Positions 41,664 to 51,909 of a stretch of DNA of 64,000 bases are shown here, one piece after another. Every line of letters starts with the position of its first letter. The first letter of the stretch is position 1. Under the pieces are notes generated by a model. The model did not search any database. It saw only the letters and a program-made list of their open reading frames with translations, and was not told the origin of the DNA. The DNA is taken from positions 248,001 to 312,000 of the forward strand of contig JAHDYR010000013.1 of NCBI GenBank assembly GCA_019828565.1, written 5' to 3'. This DNA comes from Carpediemonas membranifera BICM. Lineage: Eukaryota > Protista > Fornicata. Position numbers and translations under genes: made by a program.

Positions 41664-41778
41664 TGTTGTAACGATGCGCTAATTTATTTCGACACACTGG
41701 TGTCGTCTCGGACCAAGTAGGACCAAGACGACACCCATAAAATATATAATATATAAATATTAATACGGTATTGCGACA
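41664..41778 (-). repeat. 5' LTR (115 bp)
   Basis: TGTCGC…TTACAACA with AT-rich TATA-like block and an internal hairpin. Confidence 0.9.
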
Positions 41779-42393
41779 TCTTTCCTGAACTGCGACGATT
41801 TGATCGGAATCAATTCGATCAGATTAACCTCGACCGCTCAGCCGAAGCGTGGGCGTGGCGCTCCGCTCACCTACCCGACTGTTAGTCGACTACAGTCGAA
41901 GTCTCCAATTGATCTAATCAAATTTATACTCCTGGATCAGGCTGAGCGTCTTGCTCGTCGTCAGCCATTTCCAGGGATGTGCCGAACAGGGGAGGTTTTT
42001 TCCCCCTTGGTTAAATTGGCTTAAACGTCCCAGGTCACCAGCCGAATAGTTTCCCCGAATCTAGAAGATTCTCCCGAATCTTTTGGGTTTGGGTCCGGGT
42101 GATCGGCACCCCACGCGGACCCTTGTGGACCGCGCCCCAAGGCGTACCGAGTTCTATAGACCCTATATGGTCATCAGCCCCTCCTCTTCTGACGTTAGTG
42201 ACGCATCACCTGATTAAAACGAATTCTCGAATACCCGTCGTTTACGCCACATTAGTTTTTCCAACATGACCTTGACTTTGCAACTGGGCATAATGGTTCT
42301 TTGGTCTCTGTCTTCGCTTCTGTTCTTATGTTTAACACTCATTTGTACACATTGTGCTCTTCTTATCTTCTGTATCTTCTATCTACAGTTAGC

Positions 42394-43437
42394 TCAGCTC
42401 CATGCGCTTCTGGACAGTCGTATTGCTTCACTGATGTATGTTTGTACTGAGTCTTGCGCCCGCCATCCCCCCAAGGCTTGCACCACTTCCATTGGAGTTC
42501 CAGATTCAACCAGATGTACTGCGGCGCCGCGGCGGAAGGAATGCCCGGTGGCCTTGAATACTTCCTCGAGGTCCATCATCATTTCGAATCGCGCCCACGG
42601 CTCCAGTGCCCCCTTCAACGCAGACCGGCTCTCTCGTAGTGTTGCCTGGCTATGGGTGTACGAACGCCACAAGGGGCCTTCATCTGGTAGGTTACTCATG
42701 TGCTTGGCGAGCCACCAGGCTGGTGACCGCAGCTGGTCGTCGGCTGAGGGAACCAACTTCAGCGTCGCTTCATCCCTTGTCTTTGTGTGTCGTATCGTAA
42801 TCTCCAGCGCGCCGTCTGCTCCGCCGTGCCTCACATCCTCTGGCTTGAGTGCCCGGATCTCGCCTGCTCGCGACACTGTCGCAAACGTCACCAGGCCAAA
42901 GGCAATTGCCTGAGTGAGGGGCGGGGTCGCGTATGCCCCGGCTGACCTAGCCGCAGCCTCCAGCGTCTCACGCCTGATTGGCCAAGCCTTCCCAGTCTTA
43001 CGTCTGGGCGTTAGCTCGCATCGGCCTGCTAGCCTCGCACCTGCCCTGGTCAGGGCCCGATGCAACCTTGTCGTCTCAGCGCTCTCGCCCAGTGCCTCCA
43101 GTCCCATCCTGATGTTCGCCTCCTTCGTGATGAATGTGTCTCTGGCGACGAAGGGGATTTCGGAAAATAGATACAACATCAGTGTGTCTGCCGGCTCAAT
43201 GGCGTCAAGGAGCTCGGCGAACTCGTGCAACCACTCGCGGTCTGTGAGTTCCTGCCTTGCTCGGTCCAGCGTCGCCTGTGCCGTGTCCCTGGCCGTCGGG
43301 GCAGTCAGACAGGCTGACGATCCGGTAGACTCCGTCCATTCCCACAGGGAACCAGTCGCCGCCCAAGCGATTGCAGCCGATCGGTGCACTTTAAGACACT
43401 CTCGATGTCTTTCATGCAAGCTGTGCCCCGGCTGCAA
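42394..43437 (-). CDS. Tyrosine recombinase 2 (DIRS/Crypton-like), start codon unclear
   Basis: Catalytic set R (SRAGE), K (HTKT), HxxR (HSFRRG), W (GGW), Y (QTY) in one open frame. Confidence 0.85.
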   Translation of the reverse strand: MQPGHSLHERHRECLKVHRSAAIAWAATGSLWEWTESTGSSACLTAPTARDTAQATLDRARQELTDREWLHEFAELLDAIEPADTLMLYLFSEIPFVARDTFITKEANIRMGLEALGESAETTRLHRALTRAGARLAGRCELTPRRKTGKAWPIRRETLEAAARSAGAYATPPLTQAIAFGLVTFATVSRAGEIRALKPEDVRHGGADGALEITIRHTKTRDEATLKLVPSADDQLRSPAWWLAKHMSNLPDEGPLWRSYTHSQATLRESRSALKGALEPWARFEMMMDLEEVFKATGHSFRRGAAVHLVESGTPMEVVQALGGWRAQDSVQTYISEAIRLSRSAWS

Positions 43438-43705
43438 TTCATTGCATATGCCAACACAAAGAGCTCAAAACGAGGTCTATAGCCCTCAACGGCGCTTCGT
43501 TGAGGAGTTCTAGCGATTTTTCACTTTTGTTGCGCAATTTCTTCATCTGATGCGCAATTATTGAACCATCGAGCCTAAAAGAGACTCTAAAGCCTTAACG
43601 GCTTCCAAATAGCCAATATCACCTTGTCCATCAAGGTTTATGATTAGCCTCACTAAGGCCCACAATCATACCCCTCGCAGCCACTCCTCAATGGCTTTGA
43701 GGGGC

Positions 43706-44570
43706 TTATCTCTTCTTATCCTTCTCTAATAAGGCTCTGAACGGGGCTACGGACGTGCTGTAGTCCAGGCGAAGCACGTCTTCCACATAACGGATCAATG
43801 AGTTCTGGTCAGCCCATGTGCCCTTCGCCGCAACAACCGGGATAGGGATACCCATCAGAACCAGGTCAGCCGCGCTCCCGCGGCGCAGACCGTGCAGCCG
43901 AGCCTGCGTGGAGATGATGCCCTTCACCTGGTCCTCAATGACTGAGTAGGGGTGCGACCAGAGAGGGTCTTCGGCCACCGCGCCTGCATCTATCCTATTG
44001 ACTAGGACCTCAGATAGCCAGTGAGCCGGGTCTAGCTCCCCGTCGACTCTCGGGACGAGCTTCTCAACGACCACTCGCCGGGTCTTAGTGCCGTGGATGG
44101 AGATTCTTAGCCCGCGGCGCGCTCTCCGCTCTAACGTCACCAACATGCAGGGCATAGATCTCTCCTGGCCTGGAGGTCGTGGCGTAGGTGGTCAGTGCAA
44201 AGGCGAAAGCCTCCTTCCAAAGGTCGTCGTCTCGAGACTGAGGGTGGGCAGCCCGAAGCCTGTCAACCAGAGTGTGCGCGCGAATCGGGAGAGCAGGCCC
44301 TCTAAGCTTCCCAAGAGCGTTCCTTGCCTGCTCTTTGATGACTGCGTCGGCGTCCAGCGGTGGTTCCCATGATGACACCCGGCCGAAGAAGCGACGGATT
44401 AGGCTCCACTTCGAGGTGATTGTATCCTTGGTGACCCTCGAGGCTTGGTCCTTGGCCCATGCTCTTATGACTTCGATGCTGCTAGTGTCAGGTGGAAGGG
44501 CACCCCAGAAACCCGAGAACTGTTGGAGCACACCCGCGACGTGGCGCTTGTCTACGAATCCACTTAACAT
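43706..44570 (-). CDS. Tyrosine recombinase 1 of element A (1-nt frameshift near 44115)
   Basis: SRPGE, GTKT, HGLRRG, GTW, IRY. ATG abuts the RT stop (ATGTTAA). Confidence 0.85.
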
Positions 44571-46673
44571 GTCACCCTCGAGGGAGATGGTGAAGATGTC
44601 ACTCCCACAAACAGGGCCGCCAATCGGTATGTGCCGTCCGCCTGCAGGGGGGTGATCGCTGATAGGTCCGCGTCCTCCGCTTTGACTCTGAAGAACATGC
44701 GGTGCGGAGTCAGCTCTCTCAGCGCAACTGCCGTCGGCGATCTGCAGTCGGACACTAGCAGGACGAGGCCACTTGGTAGGGATCTCGGCTGTGTGGTCCT
44801 AGCAATGTGGAGGTGGCACAGCTTTGCATATACTGCTGATAGGAGCGCGAAGGGTGTCACTGCTAGCCACCTTCCTGTCGACCAGTCCATGTCTATGAAC
44901 CTGCTGTCGTCGACCGTCGACGGGCTGTGTTCTACTCGAGCTCCAAGCCACTCGGAGGGCCAGATCTCTTTCTGCATGGGACCCCACTCGGCTGTGATCC
45001 TGTCGATGATCCGACGAGGCGCTGAGAGCGTTTCGGACCTCGACAATGCGTCGGCTTGGACGTTCAAGTGACCAGAGACGTGAAGGAGCCTTATCCTGAT
45101 GGCCCTTTCGCTCAGTGTGGGTAGCAGGTCCCGTATGACTGAGTCTACAAACTGCGGAGCCTTGGTTGAGCCTTGCTTGTTCCACCAGCTGACTGCTGCC
45201 ACCGAGTCGGAGTAGATGGTGACCTCCGCGTCTGTCAACGGCTCTGCTAGGATCAGTCTCACTGCTTGTTCCACTGCTCGGAACTCGAGCAATGTGATGT
45301 GCTCGTCCACCGGGGCCGGCCTGGTGAAGGTGAAGGGTTGACGGCCCGGGATTGTGATCACTCCGCCGAGTCCTGAGAGAGAGGCGTCTGTCATCGCTGT
45401 GATGTGGAGCGTCGGAGACAGACCCCACAGGTGAAGCAGCTCTTGGAAGGACCTTATCGGAGATGGCCGTGATAAGCGGCGCTCCCATTGGATCAGTGCT
45501 TCTCTCGCTTCGCCGGATATGAGTGTGCGGTAGCGGTCCTTCAGTTGGGCTCTCTGGAGGGGTCTGATAGCGGCTCGGCCCTCCGGCCAAATGATGGCTG
45601 CAAAGCCGAGATTGCCCAACAACCGCTGCATGCTGTGTGTCGTGGCCCCCGATGCCAAGGCCTCCCTGACTCGTGAGAGGTACTTCTGCCGCTTGCTGTC
45701 CTGCAGAGCGATCCCCCGCCGGCCAGAGTCCATGACGAAGCCAAGGAAGTCGGTCTGCTGCGTGGGTGAGAGCTGCGATTTCTTCCTGTTGATGACCAGG
45801 CCGAGGTTCTCTAGGAGCTGTAGTATGCCGGGCATCGCAGCGGTCAGTGTCTTCTTGTCCCCGGACAGGAGCCAGTCGTCGAGATAGATGGTCAAGTTGA
45901 TGCCTGGGAACATCCGTGCTACGATCTGCGCTGCTGTCAGCATCACCCTTTGGAAGAAGAATGGCGCTGGGCCCCAGCCGAAGGGTAGGACGTTGAAGGC
46001 ATAGGGTCTCCCGTCGACCACGAAACCCAGCAGCGGGCTGTCCGAGGCCCTGACCCCCTAACTGGTAGTAGCCCTTGACTAGGTCCAAGCGTGCCATGTA
46101 GTCTCCTTCGCGAAGCTGGGCCATCGCTTGCTTGACTCCCTTCAGCCGAAAGGTTCGATGTTCCGTTGACACTGCGTTCAATGCCCTTAGGTCGTGGATC
46201 AGACGCGTCTCTGGTGGCGTCTTCGGCACAGTGAAGATAGGTGAGATCAAGCTGGGAGACCGGCATGGGCTTGCCGCGCCCAGGCTCAGGAGGGTTTTCA
46301 GGTGGTCGCGGAATGCCTTGCGGTCCTTGGCGCGAGTTGGTGGTAGGCGCGGATGACGAGGGTGCGCTCTTAGGGATATCGGGACGCCCTCGCGTAGCCA
46401 CGTAACCACCTCTGATGGCGCGCCCAAGTGCCTCCATAGGCGCCACTGCCTGTTGATGCAGGGAAATGGTGGAACTGACGGGGGAGGAGGTGCTGTGGAC
46501 GGGGGAGGAGGAGGCGTCGGTGACAGGGGAGGAGATTGAGGAGTAGTGGGATTTGTGGTTGGATGAGGAGTTAGGACCTGTGGACCGGGGCGAGGATTCT
46601 TGATGGGTGGTTTCTTTTGACTTAGTTTGAGTTCTTCGTGCCGGCGCGCTTCGGCTTCTTCCCGTGAAAACCC
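44564..46673 (-). CDS. DIRS-type RT-RNase H-MT-like ORF (extra base in the C5 run at 46054-46058)
   Basis: SPIFTVPK, RLIHDLR, LDLVKGYYQ, LPFGW, YLDDWL, FLGF, TDASL, LLEF, SDS, NVQADALSR, then WGP…MDWS…TPF (degenerate MT-like). Confidence 0.88.
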
Positions 46674-47275
46674 CGGTTGCCGCCGTCATGTCCGGTGCCG
46701 GGCTTGGTGTTCTTCTCGGTCAGGCGGGGGATCTTGGACAGGGTGCGGAGGACGAGAGTCTCGATCTCCGTCTCGTTCATCTCGTGGCGCTCGGCAAGGG
46801 CGGCCATGCCCGCGGTGGAGACAGCAGAGGCGGCTAGGTAGCCGTAGCGGTCCTTCACCCATAGGACTCGGTGACGGAGGAAGATGCGAGCGAGTACGGC
46901 GAAGCCACTGATTCGATTGAACTTGAAGCTGCGGTAGATCTCATCGAGGAACTCCGCCTCTTCGCGCATAGTGGATGAAGCAGGACGCTTCCAAGTCATG
47001 GTGGTCTCTTGCCGAAGCAGATCTACTGTCTCTCGGACGTTGCCGCCGGCAGTAAATGCGTCTTGAAGCTGTTGAACGGTGGCTTTGAGCTCTGCGATCT
47101 CTTGGGCGGCGTCTCCCATCTGTTTCAGTTCGCTCTTGAACAACTGAACCGCCCTTATGAGACGCACGATCCCGTCTTTGAGATCGTATCGAATCATCCT
47201 CGACCTCTCGCGCCGAAGTTTTGGCTCCGCTGGCCTTGCCAGCGACTTGCAGTCGACTACGGTCGAAGTCTCCAA
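46622..47275 (-). CDS. Gag-like ORF1 of element A
   Basis: Coiled coil plus a core conserved with the element B gag; first ORF of the element; true start uncertain. Confidence 0.7.
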   Translation of the reverse strand: METSTVVDCKSLARPAEPKLRRERSRMIRYDLKDGIVRLIRAVQLFKSELKQMGDAAQEIAELKATVQQLQDAFTAGGNVRETVDLLRQETTMTWKRPASSTMREEAEFLDEIYRSFKFNRISGFAVLARIFLRHRVLWVKDRYGYLAASAVSTAGMAALAERHEMNETEIETLVLRTLSKIPRLTEKNTKPGTGHDGGNRGFHGKKPKRAGTKNSN

Positions 47276-47558
47276 TTGATCTAATCAAATTTATACCCGA
47301 GATTGATGGGAAACATGCTCTGACCTCCAGGCTCTCCAGTGTCACGGGGGGCTGTGCGTCGCCCATCTTCTCGGAACTACCGGGGAATGGGGTTTTAACC
47401 CCTTGGTAAAATTGGTCTGAACTGGACCGTAGATTTGATTCGAATATTTGGTCAATATTCGATCTCTCTCGAATATTTGTACCAGATGGCCGGTAGTCCA
47501 TCTGGGCCTGTACCACGCCCCGAGGCGTACTTACGCATCGCGTCTACGACGGTATGCC

Positions 47559-47629
47559 TGCTCTGTAGTGTAGCGGTAGCATAAGAGGCTCATAACCTCT
47601 AGGCCTAGGATCGAAACCTAGCGGAGCAA
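47559..47629 (+). tRNA. tRNA-Met(CAT), initiator type
   Basis: Acceptor TGCTCTG/CGGAGCA, 7-nt D loop, anticodon arm AGAGG-CTCATAA-CCTCT, T loop ATCGAAA (initiator hallmark), T5 terminator. Confidence 0.9.
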
Positions 47630-47672
47630 CTTTTTACGATGGTAATCGATGGGTAAGTCAACTGGCAATAGT

Positions 47673-47754
47673 TGCTGCCAGTGGGGTTCGAACCCACGCC
47701 CATTACTGGAAAGGGACTTGAATCCTCCGTCTTAGACCACTCGACCATAGCAGC
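47673..47754 (-). tRNA. tRNA-Leu(CAA)
   Basis: Acceptor GCTGCTA/TGGCAGC, anticodon loop TTCAAGT, long variable arm, T arm GTGGG-TTCGAAC-CCCAC. Confidence 0.9.
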
Positions 47755-47879
47755 GTTTGGCAAGGCCTTTGCTTTCTCTGTATTCTCTGTGGCCCTGGTT
47801 CTCTGCTTGGATCGGCTCTGGGTGCCTCTCTGGTGCTCGTATTCTTGGCTCTACTCTTGTGGTCGGCATCGACTCCTTA

Positions 47880-48090
47880 CTACCGGGATACGCGGGGCTT
47901 ACCCCTCGCTGATCCCAGGAGTGGGGCGTCTCTGTTGCACTGCGGAGTGGGTCTCTGCTTACCCCCTGGGGGTCTAGGGCCTGTTCTTGGGCTCACCCCT
48001 TCTCTTACTCTCTTGCTTGCTCTGCTTATACTGCTGGCACTGCCCCCTTCTACCGGGATACGCGAGGCTTTCCCTCATTGATCCCAGGAG
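47880..48090. repeat. Two ~41-bp direct repeats (47880-47921, 48050-48090), each a hairpin, in the LINE 3' UTR
   Basis: CTACCGGGATACGCG…TGATCCCAGGAG twice. Confidence 0.8.
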
Positions 48091-48135
48091 TTTGGTGTGG
48101 CGCCTTAGGTCTGCTTGTGTTCTCTGTGTCTCTGC

Positions 48136-51100
48136 TCACTCTACTTTGTAGCTGTCGTACACTTCTGCTAGCGCTTTGAGGCCTGTTTGAAGGCCCTCCC
48201 ATATCTCTTCTCTCCCCTTCATTACCAGACTCTGTAGTTCCAGGATTGGTCTCTCGTTGTACCATTTCCCCTCTGTTCCGCGTCTGATGTCAAGGTCTCT
48301 GGTCTTATCCCTCGCTTCTTTCCAGATCTTGGCCCAGCCTTCCCCCTGTCTACCATGGGGCATTCGCATATTATGTGCGATGCTGACCCTATCCTCTGTT
48401 CCTCTGCCCAGTCTCTGATGAGTCTCTGTTCTCTGATCTGGTCTGGTTTCTCCAAGAGGATCTTCCACAGTAGGTCAATCTCAGTCTCTCTTGAGCACAG
48501 AGGGCACCTTCTCTGGACCTCCTCCTTCAGTTCGTCATCCATCGCGATGTTGGCTACTGCTCTGCTCGGTCCCTCTCCTTTCTCTGCTGAGGATGGGGCT
48601 GGGCTGACATTTGCTATCACTGATACGATCCTCTTCCACTCTGCTCTGGTTTGCCCCTTCTGCGGTTTCCTGTTGATCATTGGTTTTCCCAGGAAGCACT
48701 TTCCTACTCTCCGGTCTCCTGCAATCGCTATCAACCCCTTGGCTGACTTACTTTTGCACCTCTTCATCCAGTTTCTGGTGATCTCCTCTTTACCGTACTC
48801 GAGTAGCGCTATCTTGGTCGCCTCTCTTCTGGTGTCGCTGAGGATTCTCTGCGCTCTGTCTCTTGCAATCCACATGATGGTACCTCGTCTCCACTCTCTG
48901 TCTCTCACTGGTATGCTCTGGTCTCTGCTGTTCACTGTCCTTTTCACTGCAAGCATCTCCATGTGGGCTTGGAGGTCGACCCAACCGTTCATCAGCCTCA
49001 TGGCGGCTCCCCCTCCGGGTCCAGTGCCTGCCATGATACCTTGCCAGTCATTCCAGATCTTCCTGGCCCCTGTCTCGTTTCCCCACACTTCAATTCCAAA
49101 AGTGATCCTCGGCCAAATGTAGATTTCTAGGAGGAGTCTGCTGGCTGTCGCTGGCATGTCTGCTCTAGTCCACCCCGCCCATCTCACTAGGTTCTGGTAC
49201 CTCTTGCTCTGTTCTTTCTTCTTCCCGATACATGCTCTGAGGGGGTCACTGCCACTGGCTAACCATAGTCCAAGGTACCTCGCCTCTTCCGCTGGTAGTA
49301 GCGTGACGCCGCCTATTCTGACCGTGGCTGCTCTGTCGACACTGATCATGACGTTCTTCTGCTCGTTGACGCCCATTTCGTGTTCTCTGATGATCGCTAT
49401 GACCAGGTTTGCTATGATCTGGCTCTGTACCGGTGTGTCTCCCGTGACTGCAGTGTCATCCACAAACATGGTTAGCACTGCCGGGAGTGGGTCTCTGGTA
49501 CTTGTTGTTTCCACTGGTGGTTCTCTGATATCATAGGGCTCGCTCATGTGCTTTTTCCTGACCAGGTGGGGCCAGTTTGCCATGAAGAGAACAAACAGGG
49601 TCGGGGCTAGTACGCACCCTTGCTTCACCCCCTGTTTGTCCTTTCCCATGACTTAGCCCCTTTCACTGATATCCATGTCTCTTGTAGTGTGCTCTGGATT
49701 GCTCTGATAAGGTGGGCCTCCACTCCCATTCCCTGGAGTTTGTCCATCAGGGTGTCTCTTGGCACTGTGTCGTATGCCTTCTCTATGTCTAGGAACACTG
49801 AGGTCGTCTCCCCCCTTCCTGGTGCCTCTGCACTATATACTGGATCTGCTGCACTACGTCCCTTTCAGGTTGGAATCCTGCCTGTTCTCTGGGTATGAAC
49901 CTTTTGGTGGCCTTCTCCAGTCTCTTCTTTAACAGCCGACCGTATACTCTGTACAGCAACGGGGTGAGCGAGATGGGTCTATACGACTCTGGCTTAACTC
50001 TGAGTTTTCCGGTCTTGTGGATAGCTGACACTGTTGCGTATTTCCACGTCTCTGGGATCTTCCCTTCTCTATATACCCTGTTCATAAATCTGGTAAGCTC
50101 CTTGAGTCCTCGCTCATTGAGTTCTCTTAGCATGGTCCCTGTTGTGTTCTCTGGGCCCGGGGCTGTGTCTCTCTTAATCTTACTGATGGCTGCTTTCACT
50201 TCCTCCTTGGAGAATTCGTCCCCTCCTATGCCAGGCCACTCCTTCCACTCTGGTTCTCTGCCTCTACTTACCTTCGCGTACTGCTTAAGCAGGATTTCAC
50301 TGATCGTGGCCTTGTCCGTGGTGATCATTCCGTCCTTGAGCAGGCTGCCAGGCATCCCTTTGTACTGGTTGTCGCACCACCATCTTCTGACTGCAGCCTC
50401 TACCATTGATCTCGATGCTTTGTATCCCTCTCTTGTGCTCTTGCTGAGGTCGGCTATCCACTCTTCTCTGCGTTTGTCCCAGTACTTCTTCAGTTCGCTG
50501 TTCATTAGTCTCGTCCTCACCTTGTTGCCTGCTTCTGACCATTCTGTTTCATGGAGGTCGGCCCATGCGCTGTCTTGTACTATCTGCTCTCGTGGTTTGG
50601 CTCTCTTCTCCCCGGCTGGTTCCCCCAGGCAGGCTCTGATTGTCTCCCTCCCACTGATCTATCGATCCGTTTCTGTCTAGCTCCTTGATTGTTGTGTGGC
50701 CCTCCCTCTCTTTCATATTCCATGTGTGCACTCCTGGCATTTCCAGGCCACTGTCATCGTCTCTGTTGGCTCTGTATCGGGGTTCTTCCCAGGCAAGCTT
50801 GACCCCTTCGTGGGCCGACCCCCATACTCCCAGCACTGTCGAGCTGACCACTTGAATCTCTGCTTTCCTGATTCCCTCTGAGACCATTGCGAAGTCCGGT
50901 GTGGTGTTGCCACTGGATAATGTGCCCCTCTCTGGTATGATTGCTCTGAGTTTGTGTTTGTCCATAACATCCTTCCACCTGGTGGTTCCGTGTGCCGGCC
51001 CTGGGGCCATGTTCCAGTCCCCAATGATGATTGCTTCCATGTCCCCTTTCATGTCCAGTATCTCTTGGATGTTGTCTCTGAACTGATCTTTCACTGTCTT

Positions 51101-51576
51101 CCCTTTATCTGAAGTGGGTGCATACACTGTGATTACCATGATGTCTCTGCTCGTCCTCATAATACTCGCCTGCACTCTTCCTGACAGGCTGTCAGTGATG
51201 CCGACATCCCATGTTGCTCTGGCATGCGGGCTTACGATTGTGCCGATGCCTTCTCTGGTCCCGTGCCACTTGGGTGTAGGGGGTCGTCACCTGTGATTCC
51301 CAGTTGTCTGTTCACGCGATGCTGGCACCTGGTCTCTCTTTTCCGCTTTTCGTTCGTTGTTGCTAGTGTTTCCTCTGTTTCTCTGCCTGCTAAAGCGTAC
51401 TGGAAGTCTATGAAGCTGTGGACTCTTGTGTTTGCTGTTCTCCATGTCTCTTGTATACAAACCGCTTCAATGTCTCTGAGTTTGGTTTGAATTGCTGTTG
51501 CTATTGATGCCGTGAAGTCCTTTCCTCGTCCTATGTGCCCCTGAGTGTTCAGGCTTAAGATCTTGAACGTTTCCAT
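48136..51576 (-). pseudogene. LINE ORF2: AP endonuclease, RT, C-terminal CCHC; several frameshifts
   Basis: ILSLNTQG, CIQETW, VYAPT, IIGDWN, TPDF, SAH; APGPE, YRPISL, QAGF, GVKQGCVLAPTLF, MFVDD, YLG; CPLC…HIICEC. Confidence 0.88.
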
Positions 51577-51909
51577 GTTGTACTATGCTCTGATCCTTAT
51601 CCTGCGAATTCTGAGAATTTCTGCAGGGGCTAAGGGTTCACTGTGTCTCTGTCCCGTCAAGGGGCCTCGATGCCGGTCTTGGTAACCCTTGGCGGGCCAG
51701 CCTCCGTGCTTCTTGGTGACCGATTCGCCCTCGGGCATGGATACTTAGGAGGGGGCGCAGTGGCGTGACCCCCCCTTTGGCTGCCGCCTGCAACCTACTG
51801 GCAGTGCCCGTGGGCTAATGCCAGGCCCTGGGTGGGAGCCAGGGTTATATAAAGAAAGAAAGTCTGATACACTAGTTTCTGAAAGAATACTGCTTTATCT
51901 CTGATCCAC

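Larger units (their letters stand above)
36841..41778 (-). mobile_element. Full-length Ty3/gypsy chromovirus-type LTR retrotransposon
   Basis: LTRs 36841-36946 and 41664-41778 (TGT…ACA), PPT 36947-36965, 4-bp TSD TCTT (36837-36840 and 41779-41782), single intact ORF. Confidence 0.95.
36060..42147 (-). mobile_element. Truncated DIRS-like element B (5' region, gag, Pro-rich linker), split by the gypsy insertion
   Basis: Gag (WKRPASQSMKEEAEFLEDLYRGFKF…YLRHRVLWCKDRYGYL) is homologous to gag at 46622-47275. It shares a 19-nt terminal motif and a 46-nt block with element A. 3' limit approximate. Confidence 0.75.
42150..47530 (-). mobile_element. DIRS-like tyrosine-recombinase retrotransposon A (gag, RT/RH/MT-like, YR; possibly includes YR2)
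   Basis: Colinear gag, RT, RNase H, degenerate methyltransferase-like region and YR. 5' end set by the motif shared with element B; 3' end uncertain (43.5 or 42.15 kb). Confidence 0.85.

Noticed and set aside
44799-46050. Long alternative frame overlapping DIRS RT (542-aa ORF in the track)
   Set aside because: It arises from the extra base at 46054-46058 and has no motifs past that point, though DIRS elements can have overlapping ORFs, so it is not fully excluded.
51690-51800. Possible HDV-like ribozyme before LINE ORF2 (GGCGAAT motif)
   Set aside because: I could not build the P1/P2/P3 nested pseudoknot by eye; needs an Infernal/RNArobo search.
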